DNA of 14,076 nucleotides from positions 1 to 14,076 of the IMG/VR virus record IMGVR_UViG_3300045988_167133; one strand, 5' to 3'. A program made the translations under genes and the position numbers. The stretch is from a virus. The first letter of the stretch is position 1. Every line of letters begins with the position of its first letter. The notes under the pieces were generated by a model, which was given only the letters and a program-made list of their open reading frames with translations, did not search any database and was not told the DNA's origin. This document shows positions 9,283-14,076 of this stretch, in pieces.

Positions 9283-10378
9283 CTATTTTTTTATTGTAAA
9301 ATCAATTACTTGTTTAAAATCTGTTCCGTGTTAAATCATCTGAATAAAAGATGTTACTTTCTCTGAATGTATCAAAGAAAAATAATTTTAATTTTTTGCT
9401 TGGAACTGATATATCATAAATATTTCTTTGCCAATATTGATTAATTTTTACTATATCTGAAAAAACAAATGTATTCTTTTTTATATTAGAATATTTTGGA
9501 ACTACATACCAACAATATTCCTGCGTTTTTTTATCAATTAAAAATTCACCTAAAAATCGAAAACCTTGATAATCAAAAACAACACGCATAACACATTTAT
9601 ATTCTTTTCGTGATTTTGGCAAATGTGGTTGTGAATCACTTTGCCAACTTCCTTTATCAATCATACTTGCATTTTTTCCTATTGTCATTGATTTTCCACC
9701 ACTACTTTTGCAATATTCAATAGCTAATGATATTTCTTGCCCTTCTGTATTTTTTACAGATATCTTTTTTATATCACCTTGTTTCATTTTTCTGATTACA
9801 TTATTTAAGCCCCATTCGTAAATGTACGGATTTGCCTTGGTTATTGTATTGCCTATAAGCCAAACGCGTGTTGTTCCTCTTTTTCTATCTACTGTAGAAT
9901 AAAATGCCATAAATTTTGAAACCTCATTCGGAATATAATTACCACGTTCCATAAATTCTTCTAAAATTATATCATCACAATCAGTAAAATCACCACTAGA
10001 AAAATGTTGCTCCTGAGATACTGAAATTGCATAGCCTATTTTTTCGCCTCTTTTTGTCTTTACAGAATTATGATCATCTAATATATTATTAGCTAAATAT
10101 ATTTCATTTCTAAATTTGACAACTGTATTATATTTATTATCAGTCAATTTTTGAATATCTACATTAGAAAAATAACTTTCTACCCAATTATTTTTCATAT
10201 CAATTTCCCATCTTCTCATTAATATAAATCTTCTTTTTGTTTTTATAAATTTTTCTATCATTTTTTTAGTTTTTATCTGATATGATTTTCCATTTGATTT
10301 TTCACCAAAAATTAAGTTATATGTACAATTTAACTTGTCAATATTGTCTATATTATAATATATCTGCTTGTTTCCCAT
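9283..10378 (-). CDS. DNA packaging ATPase (phi29 gp16-like encapsidation protein); C-terminus extended by +1 shift at in-phase CGG (G9328)
   Basis: Walker A-like FGEKSNGKSYQIKTK, Walker B-like DCDDIILEEF, and STVDRKRGTTRVWLIGNTITKANPYIYEWGL. Unshifted ORF ends at 9314; skipping one C gives ...YSDDLTGTDFKQVIDFTIKK* ending at TAG 9283-9285 (364 aa). Confidence 0.8.
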
Positions 10379-10586
10379 TTTCTCTCAATTCCTCCATACA
10401 TTCTTCTAAATATATTTTACGTATTTTATAGTCTAATTTATCTCTTACTATCTTCATTTTTTCCTCTGATGCCCTTCCATTTATTATATTTCCTAGATCA
10501 ATATTATTTTCTTTACATATATCTTTGACAGTTAAACCTGATATGTTTCTTATAAATCTATAATATTTTTGCTTTTTTTTATTCAT
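10353..10586 (-). CDS. small putative helix-turn-helix-like protein
   Basis: 77 aa (SGLTVKDICKENNIDLGNIINGRASEEKMKIVRDKL) with an HTH-like pattern. Continuous ORF between polymerase and ATPase. Confidence 0.45.
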   Translation of the reverse strand: MNKKKQKYYRFIRNISGLTVKDICKENNIDLGNIINGRASEEKMKIVRDKLDYKIRKIYLEECMEELRENGKQADIL

Positions 10587-10597
10587 TTTTTCACCTT

Positions 10598-12715
10598 CTA
10601 TTCATTAAATTTTGCACGCTCTGAACTATCATTTAATAAGTTACTATATTCTAATGCTTTTCCGCAATGTATATGTTGTCGGAACTAAACAGCAACCACT
10701 TTTATCTTTTACTTTTAATTTTTTACCATTATAATCAACTAAGTCAAAATTTATTTGATTATCACTATAAAATAATGTGTTTTTATTTGTATATTTATAC
10801 TCGAATACAAAATCATCTTTAAATTCTTCTATGTGATGAAGTGCTTTTGCTCCTCCGTTTCGGTACTCCTGATACAGTTATATCTAAAATTAAAGATTTA
10901 TTTTCTTCTTTTTTTATTATATTTTCTTTACCTGATAATTTTGCATTTTCTTTATATTTATAGTATGCGTACTTTTTAGCTCCGTTGTGTTATAAATTTT
11001 TCATAATGTTCATCTTTGTCAAATACACCTAACATTCTTTTTTTTCCTTTTACGTCTTCTGGTTCAAATTTTTCAATATCAATATCTAAGATTTCACTTA
11101 CTCTTTTTATTTTATTTTCTACAAATTGATTGTATTCATTTATATAATCAATATTATAACCTTCTTTTAATTTCATTGAATCTGTATCACAATATATTAC
11201 ATACTCATCTTGCTTTATTACATTTCTTAATAAATTATTTCTTCCGATAACTTGTGATCCAAACTCCGATAAGAAAAACTTAAAAAAGCTTTCTTTTTTT
11301 CTTCTTCTAATTTTTCTATTATTTCATCATTTGTCAAATCTTCTGAATACCAATCTTTTTCATTATCATAATATATATTCTCTCTGATTGTATTTGTTAC
11401 TGCCATACCGATAAGTTGAATTGAATAGATTTTTTTCTTTTGCATATTCTACTTCCATTCCTTCGACACCTTTATATTTTGTTTTTTTAACATATTTTTC
11501 TAATACAAATTCAATAAAATCTTTATGCAAATAATCATATTTACAAAAATATGATTCAAGTATTTCATAAGATTCTACTTTATATGAATCTAAGATAAAA
11601 TAAAAATCAATATCAGTTATTGTCATTTCTAAGCTATCTGCTCTTATTACTCTTCCATTGTCATAATAACCATTTTCTATATTTTTACATTTGCTTATGC
11701 TTATGAAGTTATTATAATATTTACATTTTATATTATTAAATCTAACTTTTATTATATAGGCAAATTTTCTTGACATTTGCTCCCTTTTTTCTATATTGCA
11801 TTTTTTAAATTCACCGTGAAGGAAACTTGTGCGTTACTATGATATACGGATATGAACTCGTAAAATCGAATGAATCAACATTTGATATAATTCTATCAGC
11901 ATAAATCCAATTTGCATGCGTATATCCGTCCGCATAAATGCGTCCTGTAATAAATTAAATATATGCCCATCTGTATTTATATCTTTTCTTACTTTATTTT
12001 TATATGACCAATTTTTTTCAATTCGTTCTTGCAATTCACGCCTTAAATGACCAGTTGAAGTAATTGGGATTTTATTAATTGTATTATACTTCTTAAGTTC
12101 TTCTTTTATATAATAATATACAACTAAGCAATCATTTTCACAATAGCCTAACTCTTTTTTATTTAATTTTGTTTCTGAATGCCTAATTTTAGTATAATCC
12201 AAATTACCAACTAATTTTTTAATTGGTAAATTATATAGTTTTGGCAAATAATCTAATGAACAATTTGACATCATATAACTGCATCTAAACTCTATATTAT
12301 AGTCTTCTGCCTCCGCTTTAATCGGTTTTCTTTCCTTCCTTGCAAATACTTCTTTGAATTTTAATATACTTTTTATATATTGAAATTCAAATGATAAATT
12401 ATGAACGAAAACTATTTTTTTTAGTTTGTCATATTCTTCTAATCTATTTAAAAATTCAATAAATTCACTCCAGGTTCTACCGTAATATACATCTGTATTA
12501 ATAGAAAACATCCAAATATACATGCATGATTGCTTTTTAATATTTCTTTGCTGCTCTTTTGTATATTTCTCATATTCCTTTGTTTCTATTAATTCATTGT
12601 TATAAATTAAATAAGAAGTAGTTTCAATATCAAAACTCATTATAGTATTATCATATTTTTTTCTATTACCTACTTCTATTATATTGTGTCCATAATATTC
12701 ATTCCAATATTTCAT
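10598..12715 (-). CDS. protein-primed type-B DNA polymerase; 702 aa only if nine +1 shifts occur at in-phase CGG (G11932, G11928, G11816, G11410, G11268, G11246, G10984, G10857, G10664)
   Basis: Motifs across the shifts: FDIET (ExoI), FVHNLSFEFQYI (ExoII), YCENDCLVVYYY (ExoIII), AFMGGYTHAN, FDFTSSYPY (motif A), NLFNSTYGMAVTN (motif B), YVIYCDTDSM (motif C), KFITQGAKKYAYY, TVSGVPKGGAKAL. Intervals between sites are 783, 3, 111, 405, 141, 21, 261, 126, 192 and 63 nt, all multiples of 3. Confidence 0.9.
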
Positions 12716-12722
12716 AATATTC

Positions 12723-13331
12723 CTACTTCTTTACATCTTTTTTATAAATTAATCTTAAAATTCTCTCTAAACTTCTTTTAACATTATTGTCGTTTCCATA
12801 GTTTGCATATCTTGTTACTTTGTCAACAAAAAAATCCTCTGTTTCTTCATCTTCTTTAGCTTCTTCAATTAATGCATTTAGATTTGATGGTTTTATATAT
12901 TTGTATATTGTTTGATAGTTTTCATCTTCTAATGTTCTATATAAGTTTTCTACGTCTTCACTTGTTATTTCTTCTTCCTTTACTTCACGCTCTCTTGCTA
13001 AGTTTGCTCTTATTCCTTCTTTAATTTGCTTTTCAATTTTTTTAACTTTTCCTACATAACTTCTCTTATTCTCTAGCCAATCTTCTAATGCTTTTGTTAC
13101 TATTAACATATCATTTAAACTCATACTTTTTGCTGCTCTTACTCTTCCAGTTTTGGTCCATGCTTGAAGAGGCTCTACATCAAGCAAGGATTTTAACTCT
13201 TTTGCACCCCATCTATCTTTACCAAATGCTCTTTCCAGTCTAACAAGTCTTTGATTTGCTCTTTTAGATAGTTTTTTAAGATTTTGATATACTTCTTGCT
13301 CTTCTTTTGTTTGCTCTATTTTTTTGGCCAT
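12723..13331 (-). CDS. putative terminal protein (primer protein)
   Basis: 202 aa, Lys/Glu-rich (YQNLKKLSKRANQRLVRLERAFGKD...), directly upstream of the polymerase as phi29 gene 3 is to gene 2. Assignment is mostly by synteny. Confidence 0.5.
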   Translation of the reverse strand: MAKKIEQTKEEQEVYQNLKKLSKRANQRLVRLERAFGKDRWGAKELKSLLDVEPLQAWTKTGRVRAAKSMSLNDMLIVTKALEDWLENKRSYVGKVKKIEKQIKEGIRANLAREREVKEEEITSEDVENLYRTLEDENYQTIYKYIKPSNLNALIEEAKEDEETEDFFVDKVTRYANYGNDNNVKRSLERILRLIYKKDVKK

Positions 13332-13356
13332 TTACATCAATCCTTTGCTTTATTGA

Positions 13357-13776
13357 TTAAAAAGGTAACTCATCATCTGGTATTTCTTGTATATTTTCTT
13401 CTGGTTCTGTTTTATTTTCTTTGATTCCTTCTGCATAACTCAAAATTGGTACTGCTTTGTATGTATTTCCTTTTTTTGTTTTTATTGATTTTATTCTGAA
13501 CCTTTCAACTTCTCCAAAATAATCTTCTACACTTTCTTTAAATATTTCACTTCCAGCACTTACTATTCCAAATTCTACAGTATTAACATATAAAATACTA
13601 AATTTTTTGTCTTGTGTCTCAATTTCACATTCTGCATATCCTGTTATTGTTACTTCATTTCCCATTATATCTACTATTTTAGTTGCTGTTATATCTCCTT
13701 TTTTTGCCATTTTCTCAAATGTTTTATTATCTAATGTTCCTATCATACTTTTTACTTCTACTTCATATTTACTCAT
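13357..13776 (-). CDS. putative single-stranded DNA-binding protein
   Basis: 139 aa early-operon protein ending in acidic/hydrophobic tail IPDDELPF, like the DDDIPF tip of bacterial/phage SSBs. Confidence 0.5.
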   Translation of the reverse strand: MSKYEVEVKSMIGTLDNKTFEKMAKKGDITATKIVDIMGNEVTITGYAECEIETQDKKFSILYVNTVEFGIVSAGSEIFKESVEDYFGEVERFRIKSIKTKKGNTYKAVPILSYAEGIKENKTEPEENIQEIPDDELPF

Positions 13777-13835
13777 TTTTTCTTTCCTTTCTTGCTATTT
13801 CTAGCTTTCAGCTATTAAGTTGCTACCTTTTTTCT

Positions 13836-14005
13836 TCAGAAGTTTGAGCCTTTATTGAACTTCTGCCTTATCCCGCCCTTCGTCCCTTATTTTTAATCCA
13901 TGTAGATTTGTTTTGAACAAATTAGCAAATCTACATCATCGTCAAGCCATGTTTCTTGAATCTGTTTTTTAATGTTTTAAGTATTTCATTTTCTTCTTTG
14001 CTCAT
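13836..14005 (-). CDS. possible small leader protein; plain reading MSKEENEILKTLKNRFKKHGLTMM* (14005-13931), longer only with recoding
   Basis: Good RBS (gaaaggagaaaatATG) just downstream of a consensus promoter. Skipping T of the TAG and then C of an in-phase CGG (13875) gives a 56-codon ORF. Confidence 0.3.
13837..13865 (-). other. leader hairpin
   Basis: Perfect 8-bp inverted repeat cagaagtt / aacttctg, 13-nt loop. Confidence 0.5.
13900..13936 (-). other. leader hairpin containing the ATG-TAG junction of the leader ORF
   Basis: Perfect 11-bp inverted repeat atgtagatttg / caaatctacat, 15-nt loop. Confidence 0.6.
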
Positions 14006-14034
14006 ATTTTCTCCTTTCTTCTTACTTCTCTTTA

Positions 14035-14063
14035 AGTATAATACTATTTATTAGTAATGTCAA
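14035..14063 (-). promoter_or_regulatory. sigma70-type promoter for the minus-strand early operon
   Basis: On the - strand: TTGACA (14063-14058), 17-bp spacer, TATACT (14040-14035), followed by an AAGGAG RBS and ATG at 14005. Confidence 0.85.
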
Positions 14064-14076
14064 TACTATTTTTTTA

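Noticed and set aside
10598-12715. Polymerase ORF fragments as separate small genes or as a decaying pseudogene
   Set aside because: Fragments join exactly in order with one identical type of 1-nt change. Catalytic motifs are intact and there are no in-frame stops or other indels, so decay or independent genes are poor explanations.
1014-12715. Random sequencing or assembly indels as the cause of the frame breaks
   Set aside because: Provisionally rejected because the insertions are always C before a Gly GG, at codon boundaries and on the coding strand of both operons. Not excluded: raw reads were not available, and this remains the most important alternative.
1014-12715. Simple reassignment of CGG to glycine or another amino acid without frameshift
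   Set aside because: Reading CGG as a normal triplet leaves the downstream sequence out of frame and leads to early stops. Only a 1-nt skip or quadruplet reading restores the protein.
13790-13805. AGCTAGAAATAGCAAG on the minus strand, identical to part of engineered Cas9 sgRNA scaffold
   Set aside because: It is a short GNRA-tetraloop hairpin. No repeat-spacer array, cas gene or remaining scaffold is present, so it is treated as coincidence.
13777-14034. Possible tRNA (e.g. a CGGN-reading tRNA-Gly) in the leader region
   Set aside because: No cloverleaf with acceptor stem, T-loop GTTC-A/G-A and anticodon arm could be assembled by eye. No tRNA was found elsewhere in the window, but a tRNA scan of the full phage and host genomes is needed.
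1-14076. CRISPR array, transposon, diversity-generating retroelement or toxin-antitoxin system
   Set aside because: No regularly spaced repeats, transposase, reverse transcriptase or recognisable TA pair was seen. The content is accounted for by compact phage modules.

Overview
The window is a 14,076-nt, AT-rich segment of a small phi29-like (protein-primed, type-B DNA polymerase) tailed phage. The plus strand carries the lysis, head and tail genes: two M23 peptidases, a holin, a scaffold-like protein, the major capsid protein, upper collar/portal, lower collar, and a tail appendage with a propeller-like domain. The minus strand carries an SSB-like protein, a putative terminal protein, DNA polymerase, a small HTH-like protein, the packaging ATPase, a small Cys/His protein and the tail knob. 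The two operons converge on a bidirectional terminator at about 7460-7488. The main observation is that the DNA polymerase, tail knob, second M23 peptidase and ATPase C-terminus are split in the ORF track, but every one of these breaks has the same form. A single extra C lies exactly at a codon boundary in front of a Gly codon (GGA/GGT), creating an in-phase CGG. Skipping that C at 15 sites (9 in the polymerase, 3 in M23, 2 in the tail knob, 1 in the ATPase) restores continuous reading frames containing the expected family motifs (DIET, AF.GGYTHAN, DFTSSYP, NSTYGMA, YCDTDS, KYAY, TVSGVPKGGAKAL in the polymerase). By hand scan, I found no in-phase CGG read as a normal triplet in any recognised gene, while roughly 30 out-of-phase CGGs cause no break. 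This looks like genome-wide +1 frameshifting, or quadruplet CGGN decoding as Gly, at an apparently unassigned CGG codon. It resembles in concept the AGG/CCC shifts in Perkinsus mitochondrial cox1. A systematic sequencing artefact must still be excluded. One further frame break, in the holin, is not at CGG, and a possible small leader ORF may contain another pair.
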